Below are positions 26,299 through 33,434 of a stretch of DNA of 64,000 nt, piece by piece. The translations under genes were made by a program, and so were the position numbers. The notes beneath the pieces are model-generated. The model was not told the DNA's origin and did not search any database. It saw nothing but the letters and a program-made list of their open reading frames with translations. Numbering within the stretch: position 1 is the stretch's first letter; every line of letters begins with the position of its first letter. Location of the stretch: sequence record NC_014636.1; one strand, given 5' to 3'.

Positions 26299-26532
26299 TT
26301 AAACCTCTTTGATTAGTTTGTCGCCAACTCGGACGACTGTTTCAAACTCAGAGCTAAAAGCAACAGAGTTGGAATACTTGGTGATTTTATAATGCAGCTC
26401 ATAACCGCGGTCACGGATATAAACTGTGCTTTCTTCCCCGAAGCTAACAGTAACATACTCGAATTTTTTCAATTCGTCAATGCTAAAGTCCTCTAGTTCG
26501 TCGATAGAGTTCACAGCAAAATTAAGTCTCAT
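26299..26532 (-). CDS. hypothetical early protein
   Basis: GAGG SD before MRLNF. Confidence 0.75.
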   Translation of the reverse strand: MRLNFAVNSIDELEDFSIDELKKFEYVTVSFGEESTVYIRDRGYELHYKITKYSNSVAFSSEFETVVRVGDKLIKEV

Positions 26533-26559
26533 AATTAACCTCACTTGGTTGATGTAGCC

Positions 26560-26587
26560 ATCATAACAGGATCAAAATAAAGATCAA
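26560..26587 (-). promoter_or_regulatory. early promoter
   Basis: TTGATC-N16-TATGAT. Confidence 0.7.
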
Positions 26588-26601
26588 CCACTTTTGGAAA
26601 T

Positions 26602-26624
26602 AAAAAATCCCGCCGAAGCGGGAT
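26602..26624 (-). terminator. intrinsic terminator
   Basis: ATCCCGC-TTCG-GCGGGAT + U tract. Confidence 0.8.
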
Positions 26625-26628
26625 CATT

Positions 26629-27009
26629 TTACCACAATACGAACCATCGATATGCACACGTACGGTACTTTCTATCGCACATGATGTCAGCATCTTCCGC
26701 CGACTCAAGACATATCGCCTTTAGTTGATCGCGTACTTTCGCACGGCCAAGATTCGCATACTCCAAAGCAGAACGATTTGAATAGTTCCCTTCTTTTGTG
26801 ACCTCGCAATTATACCCACGGGAGATCTGACTATCTTCGCGCTCGAATTCTTGCCGAACATCCATCTTTAGACGTTCTTCGCGTAAATGCTTACGCCAAT
26901 AATCATACTTTCCGATCCGATAAAACACGTTATTATTGTCTTTCCAGAAATCGTTACCGATCAGGTATTTGCGTTCGGTTTTATTCTTTACTCTTACAGT
27001 TCTTGACAT
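26629..27009 (-). CDS. basic hypothetical protein
   Basis: GGAG SD, MSRTVRVK, Arg/Lys-rich. Confidence 0.75.
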   Translation of the reverse strand: MSRTVRVKNKTERKYLIGNDFWKDNNNVFYRIGKYDYWRKHLREERLKMDVRQEFEREDSQISRGYNCEVTKEGNYSNRSALEYANLGRAKVRDQLKAICLESAEDADIMCDRKYRTCAYRWFVLW

Positions 27010-27063
27010 TTTGATTCTCCGTGTTAGTTAAAACAACGGAAGAACCTGCCCTTATGACTAATC

Positions 27064-27228
27064 TTAGCCTTTATGTTTTGCAATCTCAATAGCCTGTAGT
27101 TGATCTACCGCTTCTTTCCTAGTCTTGTGTGTACCAAGAACTTTAGTCTTAGCATGATTCAAGACCACCCATTCATCACCGCGTTTCTCGATGTATTCAA
27201 ACAACGTGGTAAAGTCTTTGAAATTCAT
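27064..27228 (-). CDS. small conserved phage protein
   Basis: GGAG SD before MNFKDF; KVLGTHKTRKEAVDQLQAIEI. Confidence 0.7.
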   Translation of the reverse strand: MNFKDFTTLFEYIEKRGDEWVVLNHAKTKVLGTHKTRKEAVDQLQAIEIAKHKG

Positions 27229-27246
27229 ACAAATCTCCAAATAATT

Positions 27247-27333
27247 TAGGTGTAGTCGGGTGGGACTCGAACCCACAACCCGAACGGTTTCTGCCGTTCA
27301 GCTCTTCCAATTGAGACTTACCGATAACACCTA
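27247..27333 (-). pseudogene. degenerate tRNA-like element
   Basis: Intact T arm GUGGG-UUCGAGU-CCCAC and D-like arm; 7-bp/6-nt-loop anticodon arm, broken acceptor, no CCA. Confidence 0.55.
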
Positions 27334-27337
27334 TTAT

Positions 27338-27607
27338 TTAGATCTCTTCCGCAGCGTCACATACCATTTCATGCAAACGGTCTTTGTTATCGCTAACGAT
27401 AAGACGGCGAGATTCGTTGATCTCACTGTGATACGGACACAACTGCCCATAACAAACATCAGCGCCGGATTTCATGATGTCGCGAATCTCGTCCGCGTCG
27501 TCTTCAATGTAATCCTCGTCAACGATATTCTTTCTCGCAAGAAATGCAATTATCTCCCAACGATAGTGAACTGTTTTTGTCTTATAGCCTTCAATCATCA
27601 GTTTCAT
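27338..27607 (-). CDS. hypothetical protein
   Basis: Likely start MKLMIEG. Confidence 0.7.
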   Translation of the reverse strand: MKLMIEGYKTKTVHYRWEIIAFLARKNIVDEDYIEDDADEIRDIMKSGADVCYGQLCPYHSEINESRRLIVSDNKDRLHEMVCDAAEEI

Positions 27608-27902
27608 GTTCGTATTCCCAGTTTGCTTCGTGCAAAGCTTTATGCATCTGAAAGTTGAAATCGTCTTTCTGGCGAGCCAATTCGCGGTTGAATGCGAACT
27701 CGCTGGCACTACCGATCAACATCTTTTTATCTTCTACCGCATTAAACGGTGATCCAGCAACATAAACGACTTTGCCTTGTTGCCACATTTCATTGATATA
27801 CCGACACAATTGTTCTCCATTGTGGAATCGATATTTCAGATACCGCCTCTGAAATTGAGACAATTTTACCTTTCTGTCTTTATCGACATCGATATAATGC
27901 AT
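27591..27902 (-). CDS. hypothetical protein
   Basis: Likely start MHYIDV. Confidence 0.7.
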   Translation of the reverse strand: MHYIDVDKDRKVKLSQFQRRYLKYRFHNGEQLCRYINEMWQQGKVVYVAGSPFNAVEDKKMLIGSASEFAFNRELARQKDDFNFQMHKALHEANWEYEHETDD

Positions 27903-28117
27903 TAGTTCGCACCACCTTCGAGTTCGCAAAAACTTTCTTCGGTATGTTCTTCAACCGAAAAACTGTAAGATTCACTAAATCCTTTTTCTGTATACTCGGC
28001 ATTGGCGCGAGCAGCCACAGATTCAGCGATCTTTTTGTTGGTGCGAACGGCATAAAACTCTTTATATTCGCCGCCGTATTCCACATCAAAGAAACTACGA
28101 ATTACAACATAAAACAT
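27902..28117 (-). CDS. hypothetical protein
   Basis: GAGG SD, 71 aa. Confidence 0.7.
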   Translation of the reverse strand: MFYVVIRSFFDVEYGGEYKEFYAVRTNKKIAESVAARANAEYTEKGFSESYSFSVEEHTEESFCELEGGAN

Positions 28118-28136
28118 GATAATTTCCTCACGAATT

Positions 28137-28211
28137 TGGTGGCCCCGAGCGGACTCGAACCGCTTTTCTTCGCTTATGAGGCGAGCACATTTACCCTTAT
28201 GTTACGGGGCC
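28137..28211 (-). tRNA. tRNA-CAU, Ile2-like body (could be Met)
   Basis: Cloverleaf, GGCCCCG/CGGGGCC acceptor, loop CU-CAU-AA, ACCA. Confidence 0.8.
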
Positions 28212-28253
28212 TTTGATTTATAAGAGCCATGATAACACAGCTCTTAGCTATTG

Positions 28254-28646
28254 TCAACCTTTAAGATTCAATTTATATCTAATTGAAGTCATAAAGGTCA
28301 TGATATCTTCTAGAGCATTGACTAGATCGAAATGCCGTTTTGTCTCTAGGTACTCATGCACCATAGTACACTCTTGTAGGAAGTTGTCAATCATTAATTC
28401 AACTTCTACCTCCGCGTGAGTGGCAGTAAAGCTTTGATCGTATCCCCGAGCAATAGAACTTTCTGCGAAACTATCGATAAGCGATGGAAGCCCCTCGTAA
28501 TACTCTCCAAGAGCTTTGTGACGGCTATAAATGGTAGTAGTTAGGTGTTGATGATGAACGTAGGCCACGCTTTTCAGAAGCTTGGAAATGAGTTCTCCAA
28601 CAGCTTTAGTTTGTTCTTTACCTTTGAACTCAGTAAATGATGGCAT
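28254..28646 (-). CDS. ferritin/Dps-like small helical protein (DUF5856-like)
   Basis: HHQHLTT...SRHKALGEYYEGL...IDSFAE; GGAG SD. Confidence 0.7.
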   Translation of the reverse strand: MPSFTEFKGKEQTKAVGELISKLLKSVAYVHHQHLTTTIYSRHKALGEYYEGLPSLIDSFAESSIARGYDQSFTATHAEVEVELMIDNFLQECTMVHEYLETKRHFDLVNALEDIMTFMTSIRYKLNLKG

Positions 28647-28661
28647 TGATATTCTCCTATG

Positions 28662-28686
28662 AAAAAAGGGAGCCGAAGCTCCCTTT
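28662..28686 (-). terminator. intrinsic terminator
   Basis: GGGAGC-TTCG-GCTCCC + U tract. Confidence 0.8.
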
Positions 28687-28694
28687 TATTTATC

Positions 28695-28778
28695 TGGTGC
28701 GGATGGTCGGACTCGAACCGACACGCCTATGGCGCTAGAACCTAAATCTAGTGCGTCTGCCAATTTCGCCACATCCGC
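28695..28778 (-). tRNA. tRNA-Leu(UAG)
   Basis: Type II cloverleaf, UU-UAG-GU, ACCA. Confidence 0.95.
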
Positions 28779-28784
28779 GTTGTT

Positions 28785-28872
28785 TGGAGGAGAAAGTGGG
28801 ATTCGAACCCACGGACCCTTGCGGGCCTACGAATTAGCAATCCGCTACGTTCGGCCTCTCTGTCATTTCTCC
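28785..28872 (-). tRNA. tRNA-Ser(GCU)
   Basis: Long variable arm, UU-GCU-AA, UCCA. Confidence 0.92.
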
Positions 28873-28976
28873 GTTAATATATTCAGCAGCTCGTTTAATC
28901 TGTTCCCATTGAGTATCAGTAACTCTTTGTCCAGATAGTTCAAACGACGCTCTGACGTTTTCCTCGATTTCTTTCT

Positions 28977-29198
28977 TTAAGCTTTGCAATAGTGCGTACC
29001 ACTGCGAACGAAGCCACGAAAATCCTTTTGTGCAACGCATTTGACATCGCGACACATCTTAATCAAGCCAAGTTTCAGAAGTCGTTCAATTTGAGCAGTA
29101 GAACACTTGGCAGCGGATTGAGTTGTACCGAATCCGTATGAATCGCCTTTGTCAACGAATCGGGATTGCAGTTCGATATCTACTTTGGTAATTTTCAT
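28977..29198 (-). CDS. hypothetical protein
   Basis: Coupled ORF MKITKV. Confidence 0.6.
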   Translation of the reverse strand: MKITKVDIELQSRFVDKGDSYGFGTTQSAAKCSTAQIERLLKLGLIKMCRDVKCVAQKDFRGFVRSGTHYCKA

Positions 29199-29199
29199 A

Positions 29200-29634
29200 T
29201 CATCGTCCAATCAGTATGATGTTTTGAATCTTCTTGTCAATGCAAGCATCATAAATCGCTTCTAGCAGATGCGGTTTATGTAAAGCTGGTTCATCGATAA
29301 CAACAACATCATAACTGTTTTCTCGGATTTCCGCAACAGCACCCTTTGAAAAAGTTATTCGGGTTTTACCTTTTGTATTACCGAAAACTTCACGCTGAAT
29401 CCATCTAGCATGAGCTTGATTAATCGTAACAAGAACACCGTTGTGATCCTGTGCGATATCAAACGCGGCTCTAGTCTTCATCGTACCGCGACCAAAGTCA
29501 AGGTGAATCGTTCTGTGCTGTTTCAGATATTCAACTGGATCAAATGACCAGTGATCAATCTTTTTTGATCGTTGCATGTTGATTGCGTATCTAGCAACCT
29601 CTACATAACAGCGACACATGTCTAACATTTCCAT
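29200..29634 (-). CDS. hypothetical protein with degenerate P-loop/helicase-like motifs
   Basis: FGRGTMKT and VVVIDEP. Confidence 0.7.
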   Translation of the reverse strand: MEMLDMCRCYVEVARYAINMQRSKKIDHWSFDPVEYLKQHRTIHLDFGRGTMKTRAAFDIAQDHNGVLVTINQAHARWIQREVFGNTKGKTRITFSKGAVAEIRENSYDVVVIDEPALHKPHLLEAIYDACIDKKIQNIILIGR

Positions 29635-29680
29635 CTACCGATGTTCTCCTTTACGCTACCGCGTATGGGTTAGTTTAAAT

Positions 29681-29774
29681 TGGCGGAAGGTGTGAGGGTC
29701 GAACTCACAAGGGGCTGTTAACCCTCGACGGTTTTCAAGACCGCTCCCGTCGCCGGCTATCGGGTTGACCTTCC
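29681..29774 (-). tRNA. tRNA-Ser(UGA)
   Basis: Long variable arm, CU-UGA-AA, GCCA. Confidence 0.9.
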
Positions 29775-29861
29775 TTAATTCTTTGTCATGCCTCTATGAC
29801 ATCGTGAATCTTGATCATTACGATCTGGCTACACACGCGCATCGGCATCCCGTTTGATAAT

Positions 29862-30026
29862 TTAAAGAGCAATGGGATTCATAACAGCTCTTTCCAACTC
29901 GTCGGCGTATTTGTCAAGATACTTAGCAACGATGTCATTAGTAACGCCTTCACGCATACTAACGAGGGTATCATTACGCAAGCTCTCAGCTTCTTTACGC
30001 ATTTTCACAATAACAGATTCAATCAT
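29862..30026 (-). CDS. small hypothetical protein (54 aa, not in ORF track)
   Basis: Hand-translated MIESVIVKMRKEAESLRNDT...AVMNPIAL. Confidence 0.5.
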   Translation of the reverse strand: MIESVIVKMRKEAESLRNDTLVSMREGVTNDIVAKYLDKYADELERAVMNPIAL

Positions 30027-30048
30027 GATAAATTCTCTTAGTTGAAAT

Positions 30049-30124
30049 TGGCGGGGGTAGCTGGACTCGAACCAGCGAATGACGGAATCAAAATCCGTTG
30101 CCTTTCCAACTTGGCGATACCCCT
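30049..30124 (-). tRNA. tRNA-Gln(UUG)
   Basis: Cloverleaf, UU-UUG-AU, GCCA. Confidence 0.93.
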
Positions 30125-30134
30125 ATAAACTGGG

Positions 30135-30378
30135 ACGAATATTAACGTTTAACGTGGGTCATCGTCGTATCGTTTCGGTAACTTAATCCTACTTTGTGTA
30201 ACCCCACTTCATTCAATGCGATGCAACGCATGAATCAATTCAAAGAACTCTATCAGAACTCTTTGAAATGACCCACAAGTGAATCATTCGCCCCTTCCTG
30301 GTGCATCATCGCTATTCGCGAGAGAGGGACCTTCAGCTGGACTTCCAACTAAGTTTCCTAGGACATAGTTGGCATTCT
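30135..30378 (-). ncRNA. candidate structured RNA between tRNA-Pro and tRNA-Gln
   Basis: No ORF; GUGGGUCAU/AUGACCCAC closing stem, UUCAAAGA/UCUUUGAA and CCAACUA/UAGUUGG hairpins. Confidence 0.4.
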
Positions 30379-30383
30379 CTATT

Positions 30384-30458
30384 TGGTCTCGGGTGAGTGA
30401 ATCGAACACTCGACGACCTGGTCCCAAACCAGGCGACATACCACTTGCCTAACCCGAG
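30384..30458 (-). tRNA. tRNA-Pro(UGG)
   Basis: Cloverleaf, UU-UGG-GA, ACCA. Confidence 0.93.
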
Positions 30459-30467
30459 ATAATTAGA

Positions 30468-30569
30468 CGCTAAGGATAGGAATCGAACCTATCATGAAAT
30501 CAATACCGACGGGGCAATCTATATCCCGACTTTCGAGAAGCTATCCCATTGCACTTAAAAGCATTAGCG
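30468..30569 (-). ncRNA. tRNA-like RNA (~100 nt) with T arm and expanded centre
   Basis: AUAGG-UUCGAUU-CCUAU T arm followed by CUUAGCG pairing with 5' CGCUAA; no CCA. Confidence 0.5.
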
Positions 30570-30593
30570 ATTTCACCTTTCAAAGCGATTGTT

Positions 30594-30669
30594 TGGTGCG
30601 CCGTGATGGACTCGAACCATCGACCCTCGGATTAAAAGTCCGATGCTCTACCAACTAAGCTAACGGCGC
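30594..30669 (-). tRNA. tRNA-Lys(UUU)
   Basis: Cloverleaf, CU-UUU-AA, ACCA. Confidence 0.95.
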
Positions 30670-30675
30670 GTTGTT

Positions 30676-30749
30676 TGGCAGGGGCGGTAGGAGTCGAACC
30701 CACCTCAACGGATTTGGAATCCGCCGCATAACCGATTTGCTACGCCCCT
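30676..30749 (-). tRNA. tRNA-Trp(CCA)
   Basis: Cloverleaf, UU-CCA-AA, GCCA. Confidence 0.93.
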
Positions 30750-30758
30750 ATAATCTTT

Positions 30759-30947
30759 TTACCAGCTATCGACATCAGTTACAGATTCGAATTCGCCGTC
30801 TTTACACACCGGTTTTGCCATGACGATTGAGCCGATACACCCTGAGGTATATTTGACATCAACCAGTGTTGTGTTATTCTCTTCCGCCAATTGAACCATT
30901 CGTTTCAGTTCTTTCAGCGTGAATCTCAATTCGGATTCTTTACTCAT
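30759..30947 (-). CDS. hypothetical protein
   Basis: AGGTGA SD, 62 aa. Confidence 0.7.
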   Translation of the reverse strand: MSKESELRFTLKELKRMVQLAEENNTTLVDVKYTSGCIGSIVMAKPVCKDGEFESVTDVDSW

Positions 30948-30950
30948 AAA

Positions 30951-31151
30951 TCACCTAATCGGTTCTTCTATCGAAACGTCCAGAACGGAATAATATGTGC
31001 CATAATCTGAACTTTTGTCGTTGTAATATTCGCGAACTTTGCTATCGGCCTCGTCTGCATCTTCTGCTTCTACCAGTTTAATGGTATCGAATGATTTAGA
31101 TGAACCCATGTATTCGCTTTTCATATAACGTATCTTAGCAAGAAATATCAT
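30951..31151 (-). CDS. hypothetical protein
   Basis: 66-aa ORF. Confidence 0.7.
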   Translation of the reverse strand: MIFLAKIRYMKSEYMGSSKSFDTIKLVEAEDADEADSKVREYYNDKSSDYGTYYSVLDVSIEEPIR

Positions 31152-31560
31152 CGCCGTAAACTACCTTCAACGAAAAAACGTTAGGAACATGACCAGTCAT
31201 TGGCTGAACTCCGCATATCTCAGCAGCGATCAATTCAGGAAGCATTCGATCAATCGGTTTCGTCCGTTCGATCATCTTCTGATGTAAATCTTCCCAACTT
31301 TGCTTACGCTTATTTTCAGCAATTTCTCTCAACTTAGCTTCCGTTTCTTCTGCTTTCAGAAGCTCGAATTCCAAGTCATTGCTATAGGTAACACCATACG
31401 CGATTACACTATCATAGTCGATAGGACATTCATCGGTTTCGGTATACCGGATAATCTGTCTCAGTGTTCTTGGTTCATCATGCCACCAACCGCAGTTGAT
31501 AAAGCAGTTCCCGACACAATCGCCGTTCTTCATGAACAGCGCATAACTAGGTGCGCTCAT
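31135..31560 (-). CDS. hypothetical protein ending in a gp23 capsid-like segment
   Basis: RMLPELIAAEICGVQPMTG...VFSLKVVYG resembles gp23 NLIAFDICGVQPM...VFALRAVYG. Confidence 0.65.
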   Translation of the reverse strand: MSAPSYALFMKNGDCVGNCFINCGWWHDEPRTLRQIIRYTETDECPIDYDSVIAYGVTYSNDLEFELLKAEETEAKLREIAENKRKQSWEDLHQKMIERTKPIDRMLPELIAAEICGVQPMTGHVPNVFSLKVVYGDDISC

Positions 31561-31576
31561 AAATTATTTCTCAATG

Positions 31577-31651
31577 TGGAGCACAGGATCTGGATCGAAC
31601 AGACGATAAAGTGATTTGCAATCACTTGCCTTACCGCTTGGCTACCTGCGC
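31577..31651 (-). tRNA. tRNA-Cys(GCA)
   Basis: Cloverleaf, UU-GCA-AA, UCCA. Confidence 0.95.
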
Positions 31652-31658
31652 GTTAATT

Positions 31659-31732
31659 TGGAGCCTCCTGTGGGAATCGAACCCACGACGTCTGCTTGGA
31701 AGGCAGTGGTTTTACCATTAAACTAAGAAGGC
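31659..31732 (-). tRNA. tRNA-Gly(UCC)
   Basis: Cloverleaf, CU-UCC-AA, UCCA. Confidence 0.92.
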
Positions 31733-31743
31733 AGTTTTAAATT

Positions 31744-31819
31744 TGGTGGAGACAATGGGACTCGAACCCACGACCCCCAGCTTGCAAGGCTAGTGCTCTC
31801 CCAACTGAGCTATATCCCC
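31744..31819 (-). tRNA. tRNA-Ala(UGC)
   Basis: Cloverleaf, G3-U70, CU-UGC-AA, ACCA. Confidence 0.95.
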
Positions 31820-31889
31820 AAATTCTAATATACAATCGTGATTATACATTAGAATAACCACTATTTGCAAGTGGTTATCGCAAGTCTTC

Positions 31890-32037
31890 GGATTCACATA
31901 TGGGAGCGGTGACTAACCCGCCGTTACTTTTATATGCTGTTCCCTCTCAGCCGCACATCCAACTACCGAAGTAAAGGAGTGCTATCCATTTAATAGTAGA
32001 GTTTGTTTTGTATTTTAGGTTTTGCTGTAGTGAATCC
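31890..32037 (-). ncRNA. candidate Y-like RNA F (148 nt)
   Basis: 8-bp terminal stem GGAUUCAC/GUGAAUCC followed by UACAGCAAAAC; internal UUCG and other hairpins. Confidence 0.55.
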
Positions 32038-32104
32038 AGCGATAATCAAAGAGCTAAGAACTAAACTTTTGTCGGGTAAGTTCTCTTTCCTGCTAGGCAG
32101 AAAC

Positions 32105-32179
32105 TGGCGGTACATACGGGAATCGAACCCGTATCCTGTGATAGACAGTCACGAATAATAGCCATTATACTAATGCACC
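32105..32179 (-). tRNA. tRNA-Asp(GUC)
   Basis: Cloverleaf, CU-GUC-UA, GCCA. Confidence 0.92.
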
Positions 32180-32186
32180 GTTTAAA

Positions 32187-32273
32187 CTACAAGTAATAAT
32201 GTGGACAATAATAACATCCGTTTGGGTGACAACCACTGTGATCATTATCACATAGGAACACTATCGGAATCAT
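32187..32273 (-). CDS. 28-aa Cys/His/Tyr-rich micropeptide
   Basis: GAGG-N6-ATG; MIPIVFLCDNDHSGCHPNGCYYCPHYYL fills the Tyr-Asp tRNA spacer. Confidence 0.45.
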   Translation of the reverse strand: MIPIVFLCDNDHSGCHPNGCYYCPHYYL

Positions 32274-32302
32274 TGTATACCTCGTTATTGACTTATTAAA
32301 TT

Positions 32303-32394
32303 TGGTGGAGCCGGTAGGATTCGAACCTACAATGTTCACCCTGTGGGGCCAGATTTACAGTCTGGTGCAATACCACCGTCATTGCAGCGTCTCC
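32303..32394 (-). tRNA. tRNA-Tyr(GUA)
   Basis: Long variable arm, CU-GUA-AA, ACCA. Confidence 0.9.
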
Positions 32395-32419
32395 GTATTC
32401 TTTATTTAGTACGCTATGA

Positions 32420-32492
32420 AGCGGGAGGTGGATTTGAACCACCGACCTTTAGCTTATGAGGCTAACGAGATTCCAGACTTCTCCATCCCGCT
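32420..32492 (-). tRNA. tRNA-Met(CAU), fMet-like D arm, no encoded CCA
   Basis: AGCGGGA/UCCCGCU acceptor extended 11 bp; CU-CAU-AA. Confidence 0.8.
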
Positions 32493-32512
32493 TCATAGCG
32501 CACTAACAAAAT

Positions 32513-32609
32513 TGGTTCTCCGTACGGGATTCGAACCCGTGTACTCGCCGTGAAAGGGCGATATCCTAGCCGTGAAAGGGCGATATCCTAGCCGTTAGAT
32601 GAACGGAGA
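32513..32609 (-). tRNA. tRNA-Glu(UUC) with 22-nt internal tandem duplication
   Basis: 75-nt tRNA plus duplicated GCCGTGAAAGGGCGATATCCTA (32547-32568, 32569-32590); ACCA. Confidence 0.85.
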
Positions 32610-32858
32610 TCAGTATGCAAAGGCAAACAATTTTCGTTGCTTTGCTTTTAAGTCGTCTTCATCGACAACAGAATCATTATTACATGTTTCCGTAGCATTG
32701 TAAACAACTTCTTTTTCTTTTTCAGCTTTAGCAGCGGCTTCGGCTGCTTTCTTTCTAGCTAATGGGCCAACATTTTTCCACAATGGGGCGTCGTACCAAG
32801 CTTTACTGCATTGATTACCCGAGCCACGATTGGCGCGAGCGTCAAGATCATTACTCAT
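32610..32858 (-). CDS. hypothetical late protein
   Basis: GGAG SD before MSNDL; ACTAAATA at 32883-32890. Confidence 0.7.
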   Translation of the reverse strand: MSNDLDARANRGSGNQCSKAWYDAPLWKNVGPLARKKAAEAAAKAEKEKEVVYNATETCNNDSVVDEDDLKAKQRKLFAFAY

Positions 32859-32890
32859 TATAAACTCCTTTACTAGCAAGTCTATTTAGT

Positions 32891-33033
32891 ACCAAATTTA
32901 AATGCACTGTCGCGATCCCCGTCAGGTATTACCCACTGACTAGCCTTTGATTGCTACAAGCTTGCGGCTCGTTTGCTGCATACGAGGGCTTATCTCGTCC
33001 AATGATGTCTAGGGCAATGCACTTAAATTTGGT
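32891..33033 (-). ncRNA. candidate structured RNA closed by 19-bp stem
   Basis: ACCAAAUUUAAGUGCAUUG / CAGUGCAUUUAAAUUUGGU plus internal hairpins. Confidence 0.55.
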
Positions 33034-33103
33034 GGAGACGACGGGATTTCCACCCGTATCTCAGATCCCAGTGACCTGCGATTGTGTAGTTATCTACGTC
33101 CCC
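33030..33103 (-). ncRNA. tRNA-like RNA with Ala-type acceptor and degenerate D/T/anticodon loops
   Basis: GGGGACG/CGUCUCC-ACCA with G3-U70; T stem ACGGG/CCCGU with loop UGGAAAU. Confidence 0.65.
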
Positions 33104-33147
33104 GAGAAGGCTTAAACGTGTTAATCAGCGGTTTAAGCGCGATTATC

Positions 33148-33222
33148 TGGTGGTGCATGGTAGATTTGAACTACCGACCGACGGCGTATGAAACCGCAGC
33201 TCTACCACTGAGCTAATGCACC
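33148..33222 (-). tRNA. tRNA-Met(CAU)
   Basis: Cloverleaf, UU-CAU-AC, ACCA. Confidence 0.85.
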
Positions 33223-33434
33223 AGACGGTACCCAGAATATCAGATACCGAGGCAATAATCAACACTTGGTGTTGTAAAGAGATTTAACTATCACTCTGCT
33301 CATGAGCCCAAGTAATAAGAAGCGCAAAGAAGTCAATATTAACGTTTAAGTTATTCGCCCCTTCTTCAATCTATCGCTTTTTATAGCCTGTCGCCACATT
33401 GTTAGTCATGACCAACAACATGACTCGACTATTT

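Noticed and set aside
32891-33103. A bona fide tmRNA (ssrA) gene
   Set aside because: Both acceptor strands lie within 74 nt, the putative coding part is 3' of the CCA, and the peptide lacks an Ala-Ala C-terminus; kept only as a speculative analogy.
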